From Candidatus Binatia bacterium (GTDB lineage Bacteria > Desulfobacterota > Binatia > Bin18): a stretch of DNA of 64,000 nucleotides. Location of the stretch: positions 338,853 to 402,852 of the forward strand of contig OZ246888.1 in assembly GCA_965231775.1 (NCBI GenBank), given 5' to 3'. The notes below the pieces were generated by a model. It worked only from the letters and a program-made list of their open reading frames with translations, was not told the origin of the DNA and did no database searches. This document shows positions 9,601-16,859 of this stretch, piece after piece (the stretch's first letter is position 1; the number at the start of each line of letters is the position of its first letter). A program made the translations under genes and the position numbers.

Positions 9601-10559
9601 GTGATACAGGCGTTTACCGTCTTCACAGGTCACTCGACTTCGAAGATACGCCACTGCGACAATTCGGCAACCTTGCTTGGCATCGTCCGCTCAACACGCT
9701 AAGCGAAGCAGATATTCGGGACCTGATGCTAAAGATGTTGGGCAGGCCTGAAGGCGCTGAAGTCGTCCTTGATGGCTTGAGTATGCGACTGCACGTGTTG
9801 AAAAATGACAACCTCACCTTGGGCCCTGACCTCAAAGGAGCAGGCATACTTGCCTCCGCCGCACTGCTACGCCATAGAGCGGATTATTACGATGGTGGCT
9901 CAATCGATCTTCACCTGTCGGAAGTCTTGAAGTCCTGCATGGACGAAGTCGAGTTTCCCACAGAGACCGGTGAAGTCTTCGATGCGTTTCTCACCAGATT
10001 GAGAGCGTCGTATGGCTACGTGAGTGGTATAGAGAAGGCAGTAGCGGTTCTGGCGGAGAAGACAACATTTCGATTCCTCGATGGCATCTTCCTTGATGCT
10101 GCGCTTAAGGACTATCGCCACACGATTTTTCGGGTAGGGCGTGACGAGGAAAACCCGCTTTCTGGTGTCTCCGTTACGACACTATTAGATTGGTGTGGGC
10201 AAGACGACTTTCAGGAACGGCTGATCATGCTCTCGGAAGCGATTTATCCGTTTGAAAAAGAGCCAGAGGGTGATGGCATCGTATTGTCAGAACAAGCATA
10301 TGCCATTATAGACGCAACACAGGACCCCTCTACAGTTCTGAGAAATTTCTGCTCTTCTGCGAGGCCTAATGGATGGTCGGGGAGTTTGGCGAACATCATC
10401 GCGAAGCGAGGCCAGGCTTTTATGACATTGTTAGAGCATGGCCAATCCGATATCCGCGATGCGGCCGCAGCACAAATCGCTCAAATCAATCAGTGGGAAG
10501 AACAGCAGCGAAGCTACGAGCGGGCCGGGGATGAACAACGTGAGCAGCGTTTTGAGTAA
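6633..10559 (+). CDS. Avs/AVAST-like antiviral STAND NTPase with N-terminal Mrr-like PD-(D/E)xK nuclease domain
   Basis: N-terminus (aa 15-125) matches the Mrr_cat pattern: LRELVARLCEAEL...PDGGLDVEI...GIQVKK...CYIIVSLA (D...QxK). Walker A GLSGVGKS is at aa 238-245 (nt 7344-7367). Walker B is LAIIVLDNC. About 850 aa of helical-repeat C-terminus follow. Compositionally lower GC than the flanks. Confidence 0.65.
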   Translation: MFDISKDQLRQLNDVDLRELVARLCEAELSRAGAPVSAVRWGGAQTAPDGGLDVEILVKDQEFAGDFVPRTWTGIQVKKSNMPASKIAEEMSPKGVLRPIFPELARHNGCYIIVSLADDPAGTNLGDREKAMQTQIEPVKDQGDLRVEFYGCGRLADRLRQHPGVQLWVCEKLGLPLSGWRPFGRWSTTPPGVEDDLICEAGVTIALPGGRDKLDIAQGIDGIRELIRSSGKTVRIVGLSGVGKSRIVQALFEETVGDRPLDRHRAIYADLGEVPDPPPRTVLGRLAAEKHLAIIVLDNCSSDVHNRIASQAASSSNLRLVTVEYDIREDKPEETRVVRIDAEGPEIAETLIKRRHPDLGPVNAQRVAEFSGGNARVALALADTASEEKESLLSFSPAQLFDRLFYQRGAPDADLLKAAEVLALVYSFSISANEGGVDELATLAGLLDQNRRALHREAQTLVERQLAQKRGAWRAVLPHALSNRLAKRALENIPVDDILNTFQGLSNPRLLKSFGKRLGYLHDHEISQDIVKSWLSPGGLLHDLYLLDEDGIQLLLNVAPVAPEDVLNAIEAQDTGGTTEISFSRGSLRLRGNSRLSTFADLLVAIAYDPDLFERCVVRLAKFALMETEEEGENVSGIRGRLYGLFSLYFSETEAGPDAREHVARRFLSSGDRNEQRLGLGMLRAALRGTNQFLAGTVEFGARLRFYGYHPQTHEEHDQWFIRFVALAWKIATGEDVYLSTQVRALLASELRGLWDHSGLREALVDLAMALNEQRPWLEGWRAVRQIKHYDYRRTRGTKLLDKLDEMPESERPSDKETKTYVLSARLLDKLDETLKPRGLADEVRTYVLRADHELSTLDEEFDFDDNQSWQEANKRAAARAYDLGTVVADESNVLNELSEELFTAQNGYLFEFGKGVASKCNDLQGLWERLIEWLELAGDQACHGGVLNGVLKVTHERDEPLAQKILDEAVQKRILRKFIVSLQVSVPLGDTGVYRLHRSLDFEDTPLRQFGNLAWHRPLNTLSEADIRDLMLKMLGRPEGAEVVLDGLSMRLHVLKNDNLTLGPDLKGAGILASAALLRHRADYYDGGSIDLHLSEVLKSCMDEVEFPTETGEVFDAFLTRLRASYGYVSGIEKAVAVLAEKTTFRFLDGIFLDAALKDYRHTIFRVGRDEENPLSGVSVTTLLDWCGQDDFQERLIMLSEAIYPFEKEPEGDGIVLSEQAYAIIDATQDPSTVLRNFCSSARPNGWSGSLANIIAKRGQAFMTLLEHGQSDIRDAAAAQIAQINQWEEQQRSYERAGDEQREQRFE
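9030..9191 (+). repeat. in-frame tandem duplication (2 x 81 nt) inside the STAND gene C-terminal region
   Basis: ttattagataagctcgatgag...aaaacctatgttctcagcgcacga is directly followed by ttattagataagctggatgag...agaacctatgttctcagagcagat. The peptide repeat is LLDKLDEMPESERPSDKETKTYVLSA / LLDKLDETLKPRGLADEVRTYVLRA. Confidence 0.8.
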
Positions 10560-10608
10560 CTGTACGGAGCGCAAATATCCGAACGGTTGAGGGAAAGGTA
10601 GGCTTATC

Positions 10609-10869
10609 ATGAGTGGATACGATAAACCCCTCACCCCCAGACAGATCGCGACCACGAAGGACGAGAGCATCGATTTCAGCGATATTCCTGAGTTGGATGA
10701 GACCTTCTGGCAGCAGGCGGAACTCGTCGAACCCGACCTCACCGACCAGATTACCCTGCGTGTCAAACGGTCCGTGTTGGCCTATTTCAAGGCTCCGGGA
10801 AAGGGCTACCAGACGCGGATCAACCAGGTGCTCGAAAGCTACGTGCGGTCGCAACGCGGACCTGGTTGA
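10609..10869 (+). CDS. BrnA-family ribbon-helix-helix protein (orphan)
   Basis: ELDETFWQQAELVEP...ITLRVKRSVLAYFKAPGKGYQTRINQVLESYV is the BrnA/COG3514 signature. It starts 49 nt after the STAND gene stop. Its last 11 nt overlap the start of the EthD-like fragment. Confidence 0.6.
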   Translation: MSGYDKPLTPRQIATTKDESIDFSDIPELDETFWQQAELVEPDLTDQITLRVKRSVLAYFKAPGKGYQTRINQVLESYVRSQRGPG

Positions 10870-11032
10870 TCTGACCGATTCTGAGCGTGCTTACGGTGGC
10901 GTCGTACAAATCTGTATCGATCATCCCAACGCCACATTCGCGGATATTCAGGGCTATGAGCCAGACGGTTTTGGTGAGTCGGTCAAACCCATGCTGGTAA
11001 TCAGTAGGCATGAGGTTCATATTGTGAGTTGA
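10859..11032 (+). pseudogene. 3'-terminal fragment (~57 codons) of an EthD-like gene, divergent copy of 5788-5967
   Basis: DLVDLTDSERAYGGVVQICIDHPNATFADIQGYEPDGFGESVKPMLVISRHEVHIVS* aligns with DLVDQAESERERTYDGVAQICIDHANATFADIQGYEPDGFGELVEPMLVVSGHEVRIVG* of the intact gene. No start codon or N-terminal half. Third codon positions are AT-shifted relative to the intact copy. Confidence 0.75.
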
Positions 11033-11068
11033 TATAGGGGAGGCGGGGAAACCCATAGGGAAATCTAC

Positions 11069-12274
11069 ATGAGGCAGAGCATAGGCAAACATTCTGGCGT
11101 ATTGCTCTGTCTTCTCCTCTCCCATCTTCTGCTTGCTCCTTCGCTCTCTTCCGCGCAGGACACAGACGACCAGACGCGCGGGTTGCAACTCGACGGGTGG
11201 CAGGGAACGCGGCCAGCGCCACAACAAACTCCCCGGCCCTCTTCCCCGCAGCGCTATGCCCCCGCCCGGCCCCAAGTCCTGGAACTGCCGTCGGTCTCGC
11301 AACCGTCTATGCAGACCCTTCCGCGTCAACAGGACATTCCGCCTACGCATCTCCAAAAACGGACTCCAAGACCCACCCAACTCCTCACTGTCACTGTGAC
11401 AGATCAGAACGGTCAATATATCAACGGTCTGACCCCCGAGGATTTTATCATCTACGAAGGGGGCCAGTCTCAGCTCATTACCTATTTTAATACTGGCCAA
11501 CAGGAGCCGGTCAGTCTGGGCCTCCTGGTTGACATGAGTGAAAGCATGCACGGCAAACGGCGCCGGGCCGTCCTTGCCCTGCGGAGTTTTGCTCAAGCGA
11601 TTAAACCCGGCGATGAGGTTTTTCTTCTAGGGTTTAATCACCAGCTCACGATCTTACAGGACTTTACCGACAGTCCCAGCCTGTTGACGCAGGCTACGGC
11701 CGGTCTCCAGCCGAGCGGCGAGACGGCCCTGTACGACGCCGTGTTGGGCGGTCTGCAACGCATCCAACGCGGCCAGCGTCAGAAGAAAGCCCTCATCCTC
11801 ATGAGTGATGGCCTGGATACCTCAAGCACGGCCTCACGTGAAGACGCTTTTCGGGCGGCGCGGGAAGCCAACCTTCTCATATACACCATCGGTATCGGTA
11901 ATCTCAGCCAAGGTGTCCGAAGCCAGCGGATGCCCATGTGGGGGATGGGCGGGATGGGACGAATGGGCGGGATGGGTGGTCCCTTCATGCCCAGTCGGGG
12001 CCGGCCCAATCTTGGCTCGGTGGATGTTGACCTGCTGCAATCGCTGAGTGACACGACCGGTGCCCAACATTTTTTTCTGAATACGAAAGATATTCTGGGG
12101 AGCCATACAGTACTCGAACAAGCAACCCAGACCATTGCCCACGAACTTCGCCAGCAATACAGCATCGGCTACCTCTCGCCCCTCAAGGGAGATGTCTACC
12201 GCGACGTTCAAGTCGAGACGCGACATCCACAACATCAAGGACTCATCGTGCGGACGCATAAGGGGACGGGGTAG
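11069..12274 (+). CDS. secreted von Willebrand factor A (VWA) domain protein
   Basis: Signal peptide (LLCLLLSHLLLAPSLSSA) and a Pro/Gln-rich linker. VWA/MIDAS-like region DMSESM...SDGLDTSS. Gly-Met repeat MGGMGRMGGMGG. Confidence 0.65.
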   Translation: MRQSIGKHSGVLLCLLLSHLLLAPSLSSAQDTDDQTRGLQLDGWQGTRPAPQQTPRPSSPQRYAPARPQVLELPSVSQPSMQTLPRQQDIPPTHLQKRTPRPTQLLTVTVTDQNGQYINGLTPEDFIIYEGGQSQLITYFNTGQQEPVSLGLLVDMSESMHGKRRRAVLALRSFAQAIKPGDEVFLLGFNHQLTILQDFTDSPSLLTQATAGLQPSGETALYDAVLGGLQRIQRGQRQKKALILMSDGLDTSSTASREDAFRAAREANLLIYTIGIGNLSQGVRSQRMPMWGMGGMGRMGGMGGPFMPSRGRPNLGSVDVDLLQSLSDTTGAQHFFLNTKDILGSHTVLEQATQTIAHELRQQYSIGYLSPLKGDVYRDVQVETRHPQHQGLIVRTHKGTG

Positions 12275-12355
12275 CCCGCGTTTCCCCTTGCCTCCGCCGC
12301 CCGTCTCTTATATTTCTGGTTTTTTCACAGCAGTTTCACAGCAGGAGGACAGACT

Positions 12356-13705
12356 ATGCATTTCATGTGGTTCACGGAACGTGCGTATCACTACGACCCG
12401 GAAGAACATCCGGAGCAATACCGCGACCTCGAAAACGAGATTATTCGCAAACGCAGCTTTTTCGGGACGCCAAACCGCTATTTTGATCGCCAGCACGGCG
12501 CGCGGCTGCTCAATCAGTATCTCGACGAGAAGATCTATACCGACCAGGAGCTGATGAACTTTGACGGCATTATGCTCAACGAGCACCATGCCAACCCCTT
12601 CTGCCTGGGCGCGGTCATGGATGTCGAAGCCTCGGTCCTGGCCAAGGCGACCAGCCGGGTCAGAATGGCGCTGCTCGGCAACCCGGTTCCGACCGTATCG
12701 AACGCGCTCCGGCTGGCCGAAGAGCTGGCCATGATCGACCTGATCTCCAACGGCCGCCTGATCTCCGGCTGGGTGCGTGGCGCGGGCAGCGAACAGCTCG
12801 CCAATAATGCCAACCCGGCCTTTAATCGCGAATATTTTGAAGAGGGCATCGACTTTATCATCAAGTCGTGGACCAAACCCGGCCCGTTTCGGTATGAGGG
12901 CAAGCACTTCCACTTCCGGCACGTCAATCCCTGGGTGCTGCCCGTCCAAGAGCCGCATCCGCCCTTCTGGATTCCCGGTCTCATCAGCCCCGAAACGGTC
13001 GCGTGGTGCGCCAAGAATCGCTATCCCTACGTGGCCCTGGCCACCCGACTCGAACCGACCCTGGAGCTGTGGGATTTCTACAATACAGCCGCAGCCCGTG
13101 AAGGCTATCAGGCCGGGCCGGAGAATTTTGGCTATCTGCAACCCGTCATGGTCGCGGATACGCAGGAACGCGCGGAAGAAATGGGCAAGCGCATTCTGTA
13201 CGGTGGCGCCTTTGCGCATTTCGCCCGGCCCGAATGGATGTTCCCGCCGGGCTATAACTCGAAAGCGGCCACCCGCCGGCTGGCCCGGACGAACTTCGGC
13301 GTGAATGCCTCTGCCGGGCCGCTGTACGGTGAGGGCGGGGAAACGACGGTCGAAGAGATCGAGGCCGTCAAAAAGACTATTTACGATAGCTATCCCGGTG
13401 TCCTCAAAGATATGGTCATGATCGCGGGTACGCCGGACAACGTGATTCCGAAGCTCAAGAAAATCCAGGATATCCTGCGTCCGGGCATCTTCTCCTTCTG
13501 GCTGGACGGCCCGGTGCCGGCCAAGGACCGGATGCGCTGTCTGGAACTGCTCAACCGCGACGTCATTCCGGTCATGCGCGAGCACGGCAAGACGCTGGGG
13601 CTGGTTGACCCGTTTGAGCAAAAACCCGGCTCCCGGCCGCTGGCCAACGGCCGGCCCGAGCCCGTCAGCGATGCCGAGGCTTTGGCCGAGTTGATGGCCG
13701 CCTAA
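12356..13705 (+). CDS. LLM-class flavin-dependent oxidoreductase (luciferase-like monooxygenase)
   Basis: Luciferase-like TIM-barrel pattern (NEHHANPF, LISNGRL..GW). RBS aggagg precedes the ATG. Paralog of 57139-58479. Confidence 0.8.
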   Translation: MHFMWFTERAYHYDPEEHPEQYRDLENEIIRKRSFFGTPNRYFDRQHGARLLNQYLDEKIYTDQELMNFDGIMLNEHHANPFCLGAVMDVEASVLAKATSRVRMALLGNPVPTVSNALRLAEELAMIDLISNGRLISGWVRGAGSEQLANNANPAFNREYFEEGIDFIIKSWTKPGPFRYEGKHFHFRHVNPWVLPVQEPHPPFWIPGLISPETVAWCAKNRYPYVALATRLEPTLELWDFYNTAAAREGYQAGPENFGYLQPVMVADTQERAEEMGKRILYGGAFAHFARPEWMFPPGYNSKAATRRLARTNFGVNASAGPLYGEGGETTVEEIEAVKKTIYDSYPGVLKDMVMIAGTPDNVIPKLKKIQDILRPGIFSFWLDGPVPAKDRMRCLELLNRDVIPVMREHGKTLGLVDPFEQKPGSRPLANGRPEPVSDAEALAELMAA

Positions 13706-13718
13706 GGTTCATCTTGTT

Positions 13719-13746
13719 GACCGGCTCCTGCAAGCGGGAGCCGGTC
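13719..13746 (+). terminator. GC-rich hairpin downstream of the LLM gene (terminator-like)
   Basis: gaccggctcc-tgcaagc-gggagccggtc forms a 10-bp perfect stem. No U-tract follows. Confidence 0.35.
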
Positions 13747-13798
13747 AGTCTATCTCCCAACCCCAACTGCATCCTTCCGCGATGAGGGGAGAACAGCA

Positions 13799-14608
13799 AT
13801 GAGCGATATCGATCCAACCCAGCGCGGCTTTGTCAGCTATATCGACAAATCGCGCGAATACTACTTGGCGAAGGGCTACGGCAATCCCTACCGCTGGGCG
13901 TCCAACCCGGACGCGCCGTTTACGCCGCTAACCAAGCCGCTGGCTGAAAGCCGGGTCGCTCTGGTCACTACCGCGGCCCCGGACTTGCAAGGCGGACGGA
14001 AGCGCAGCCGCTATGCCGCGGCCACCCGACCTGCCCCCGAGGCGCTCTACACCCGGCACCTGTCGTGGCACAAAACGGCGACCCATACCGACGATGTCGA
14101 AACCTTCCTGCCGGTCCGCCGCTTAACCGAGTACGTGACCGAAGGCCGGCTGGGCAGCCTGTCGCCGCGCTTTTACGGCGTGCCCACGGTCTATAGTGCG
14201 CGCCAGACAGTTCAGGAGGATGCCCCGGCCGTGCTCGACTTCTGTCGTGAGGATAGGGTCGATATTGCCCTGCTGGTCGCCCTGTGACCGGTGTGTCACC
14301 AGACCGTGAGTCTGGTCGCCCGACATCTGGAGACGCAGGGTATTCCCACGGTCGTCCTCGGCTCGGCGCGCGATATTGTCGAGCAGTGTGGCGTGCCGCG
14401 CTTTGTCTTTACCGACTTTCCGCTCGGCAATCCGTGCGGCAAGCCCGACGACACGGCTATGCAGCGGGCTATCGTCGGCATGGCGCTCGACCTGCTTGAG
14501 ACCGCCCGCTATCCGCGCACGACGCTGCAAACGCCCTTTCAGTGGGACGAAACCGGCGAGTGGCGCGCAACGTATATGGAGCTTGCTGAGGACACGCAAG
14601 CGGCGTAG
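13799..14608 (+). CDS. selenoprotein, glycine/sarcosine/betaine/D-proline reductase protein B (GrdB/PrdB) family; selenocysteine encoded by TGA at 14285-14287
   Basis: The track ORFs 13799-14287 and 14291-14608 are in the same frame, separated only by TGA. Read-through gives ...ALLVAL-U-PVCHQTVSL, a UxxC redox motif. A stem-loop ccagac-cgtga-gtctgg starts about 14 nt after the UGA with GU in its loop (bacterial SECIS-like). The N-terminus resembles selenoprotein B family proteins, from recollection. Confidence 0.6.
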
Positions 14609-14649
14609 GGCAATTCATTATTCCGTATAGCCTGCCGGCCCCTGCCGTC

Positions 14650-14716
14650 ATTCCGGCGGAAGCCGGAATCCAGGCTTTCGACCCCTGACCTCTGGATGCC
14701 GGATCAAGTCCGGCAT
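14650..14716. terminator. two hairpins between convergent genes (bidirectional terminator-like)
   Basis: attccggc-ggaa-gccggaat (14650-14669) and atgccgga-tcaag-tccggcat (14696-14716). They lie between the selenoprotein stop and the stop of the minus-strand LLM gene. Confidence 0.35.
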
Positions 14717-14771
14717 GACGAGAGCGGAATGGCAGCCGCGCAGGTCGGGTTAGCCGTAGGCGTAATCCGAC

Positions 14772-16076
14772 CTACTGACTCTGGCCGCACAGATGCTCGC
14801 GCAGGGTCGTGCCCGTGTAGTCGTCCCGATACACTCCGCGTTTCTGGAGTTCCGGGACGAGGAGGTTCACCAGGTCTTCATAATAGTCGGGAGCATAGAA
14901 CGGCGGCGTAATCTGAAAGCCGTTGCCGCCGCCCGCTTCGAGGAAGTGCTGCATGGCGTCCGCCACCTGCGACGGAGTGCCGACCAAGGGATTGGTGTCG
15001 CTGCCAGCCAGATAGGTTTTGGCGATATCACGCAGCGTGATGTTGGCGTCGTATTTTTGATACATCTCGAACAGGCCCCTGGTGCCGGGCACGTCCAAGT
15101 CCTGGACCGGCACGTCAAGGTCAAACCGAGACAGGTCGAGATTGAAGTGCATCGACATCTGGGCCAAGGAGGCTTCGAGCGGAATCCGGGCGCGAATGGC
15201 GGCAAAGCGTTCACGCGCCTCGGCCCCACTCTCCGCCACCAGCGGCTGACCGGCCCACATGATGGGAATGTCGTCCGGATTGCGGCCCAGGCGTTCCGCC
15301 CGGCTGGCGATGTCCTCACAAAACGCCCGCATCTGCTTGACGCCGCGGGCGGCGCTGAATATGCCCTCGGCGTGCTGGGCGGCAAAGGCCCGACCCCGGT
15401 CCGACTGGCCGGCCTGAAACAGAAACGGCCGGCGGCGAACCGAGGGCATGACCGTAAACGGCCCCTGGACTTGGTACCACTGGCCCTGAAAATCGACGCG
15501 GTGAACCTTGGACGGGTCGGCAAAGACCTTGTGCTCCATGTCCATTTGGACGGCATCCGGGTCCCAACTGTTCCACAGGCCGTAACAGACCTGCATATAC
15601 TCGTCGGCGCGCTCATAGCGGTCGTCGTGGGCCGGCAGGCTCTCCAGCCCGAAGTTTCTCGCCTCGGCCGTCGAGGTCGAAGACACGATGTTCCAGCCAA
15701 TCCGACCCTGGGTCAGATGATCGAGCGTCGATAAGGTCCGGGCCAGCAGAAACGGCGGGTAAAACGTGGTGGACATGGTGACGGCGAAACCGAGTTTTTT
15801 GGCCACCGCCGAGAGATAGGTTATCAGCGAGACCGGGTCGTGGCTGGGGAATTGGATGGCGTAGCGCACCTGGTCGGGCTGGGTGCCGCCCGCCAGGCTG
15901 TCCGCGAAGAACAGCATGTCGAACTTGCCGCGCTCCAGGGTGCGGACCACGGCTTCCCAGTACTCGCCCTCATACCATTTGTGGCGAATTTTCTCGCGCG
16001 GATAGATCCACGACAGCGGCATATGCGGAGCCGGGGTAAAGAGGGCGAAGCCGGCGAGATGAATTTGCTTGGACAT
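14772..16076 (-). CDS. LLM-class flavin-dependent monooxygenase (NtaA/SnaA/DszA-like)
   Basis: Start MSKQIHLAGFALF, preceded by gaggatac. Family-typical motifs. Several antisense ORFs in the track overlap it and are spurious. Confidence 0.8.
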   Translation of the reverse strand: MSKQIHLAGFALFTPAPHMPLSWIYPREKIRHKWYEGEYWEAVVRTLERGKFDMLFFADSLAGGTQPDQVRYAIQFPSHDPVSLITYLSAVAKKLGFAVTMSTTFYPPFLLARTLSTLDHLTQGRIGWNIVSSTSTAEARNFGLESLPAHDDRYERADEYMQVCYGLWNSWDPDAVQMDMEHKVFADPSKVHRVDFQGQWYQVQGPFTVMPSVRRRPFLFQAGQSDRGRAFAAQHAEGIFSAARGVKQMRAFCEDIASRAERLGRNPDDIPIMWAGQPLVAESGAEARERFAAIRARIPLEASLAQMSMHFNLDLSRFDLDVPVQDLDVPGTRGLFEMYQKYDANITLRDIAKTYLAGSDTNPLVGTPSQVADAMQHFLEAGGGNGFQITPPFYAPDYYEDLVNLLVPELQKRGVYRDDYTGTTLREHLCGQSQ

Positions 16077-16199
16077 GGCCGTATCCTCATGAACGATCAA
16101 CGCAGGCGCGGACCATACCTAGCCTACTGCGTTCAGGGCCGCCTTGTCGAGCGTCTGGCAACGCTTGCTCTGAACACCGGACCGTTTTATGCTGAGCGC

Positions 16200-16571
16200 A
16201 TGGCACGTAAAAGACTCCCAAGGCGCATTCAACGCAAACGCACCAAAGACTGGAAGATGCCGAAAAACGCGGTCTATGTCGGACGGCCCGGTAAGTGGGG
16301 CAATCCGTTCTTTCGGCTCAAGGAAAACCCCGACATGACCGTTGACCGGGGCTTTCTGGTTGCGGTGTACAAGCTGTGGCTGAATGACCAGTTGGTCCCA
16401 GGGCTGGCCGCGCTTTTTACGAGCGGTGACACGCTCCCGCCTCCGCCCTCAGCCGAGACCATTCAGCAACACTTCAAAGGAAAGAACCTGGCCTGCTGGT
16501 GTCCGCTGGATGACGACTGTCACGCGGATGTGCTGCTCGCTATCGCAAACGAAGCGGGCCAGGAAGGCTAG
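16200..16571 (+). CDS. DUF4326 domain protein
   Basis: VYVGRPGKWGNPF...LACWCPLDDDCHADVLLAIANE matches the DUF4326 pattern. Start uncertain (16200 or 16257). The upstream part of the track ORF is antisense overlap with the LLM gene. Confidence 0.5.
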   Translation: MARKRLPRRIQRKRTKDWKMPKNAVYVGRPGKWGNPFFRLKENPDMTVDRGFLVAVYKLWLNDQLVPGLAALFTSGDTLPPPPSAETIQQHFKGKNLACWCPLDDDCHADVLLAIANEAGQEG

Positions 16572-16592
16572 GGGTCCTGCCCGCAGGCTGGC

Positions 16593-16859
16593 CTACCACC
16601 AGCCCAGCTCAAACGTATGCAGGGCGCGGCGCTTATAGTCGTACAGGGACGTGCCGCAGAACCCGCATTTAAGCGAGGACCACACCGAGCGCGGGCGAAT
16701 CGCCGCGTGGAGCGGCTTCATATAGTGCTGGTTGTCTTCCAGCAAATCCTGGGTGAGCGCCCAGCGCGTGATCTCGTACAGTGCATAGCCGCACTTCGGC
16801 TCCGGGCAGGTCAGGACCATCCCGGCGATAAAGGGTCGATTCGATATGGCGCGGGCCAC
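16593..16859 (-). CDS. hypothetical 4-Cys (zinc-ribbon-like) small protein
   Basis: CPEPKCG...CGFCG motif. Abuts the acyl-CoA dehydrogenase stop, giving an operon position. No recognised family. Confidence 0.35.
   Translation of the reverse strand: MARAISNRPFIAGMVLTCPEPKCGYALYEITRWALTQDLLEDNQHYMKPLHAAIRPRSVWSSLKCGFCGTSLYDYKRRALHTFELGWW

Noticed and set aside
5968-11040. Search for integrase/transposase/TSD at island 1 and island 2 boundaries
   Set aside because: No tyrosine or serine recombinase, DDE transposase motif, or short flanking direct repeats were found. Only the long 3'-gene-fragment duplications are present, so neither island is called a classical IS or prophage.
14867-15700. 277-aa and other ORFs overlapping the NtaA-like monooxygenase in alternative frames
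   Set aside because: These are out-of-frame and antisense readings of a gene with strong family motifs. They are Pro/Arg/Ser-rich artefacts of high GC.
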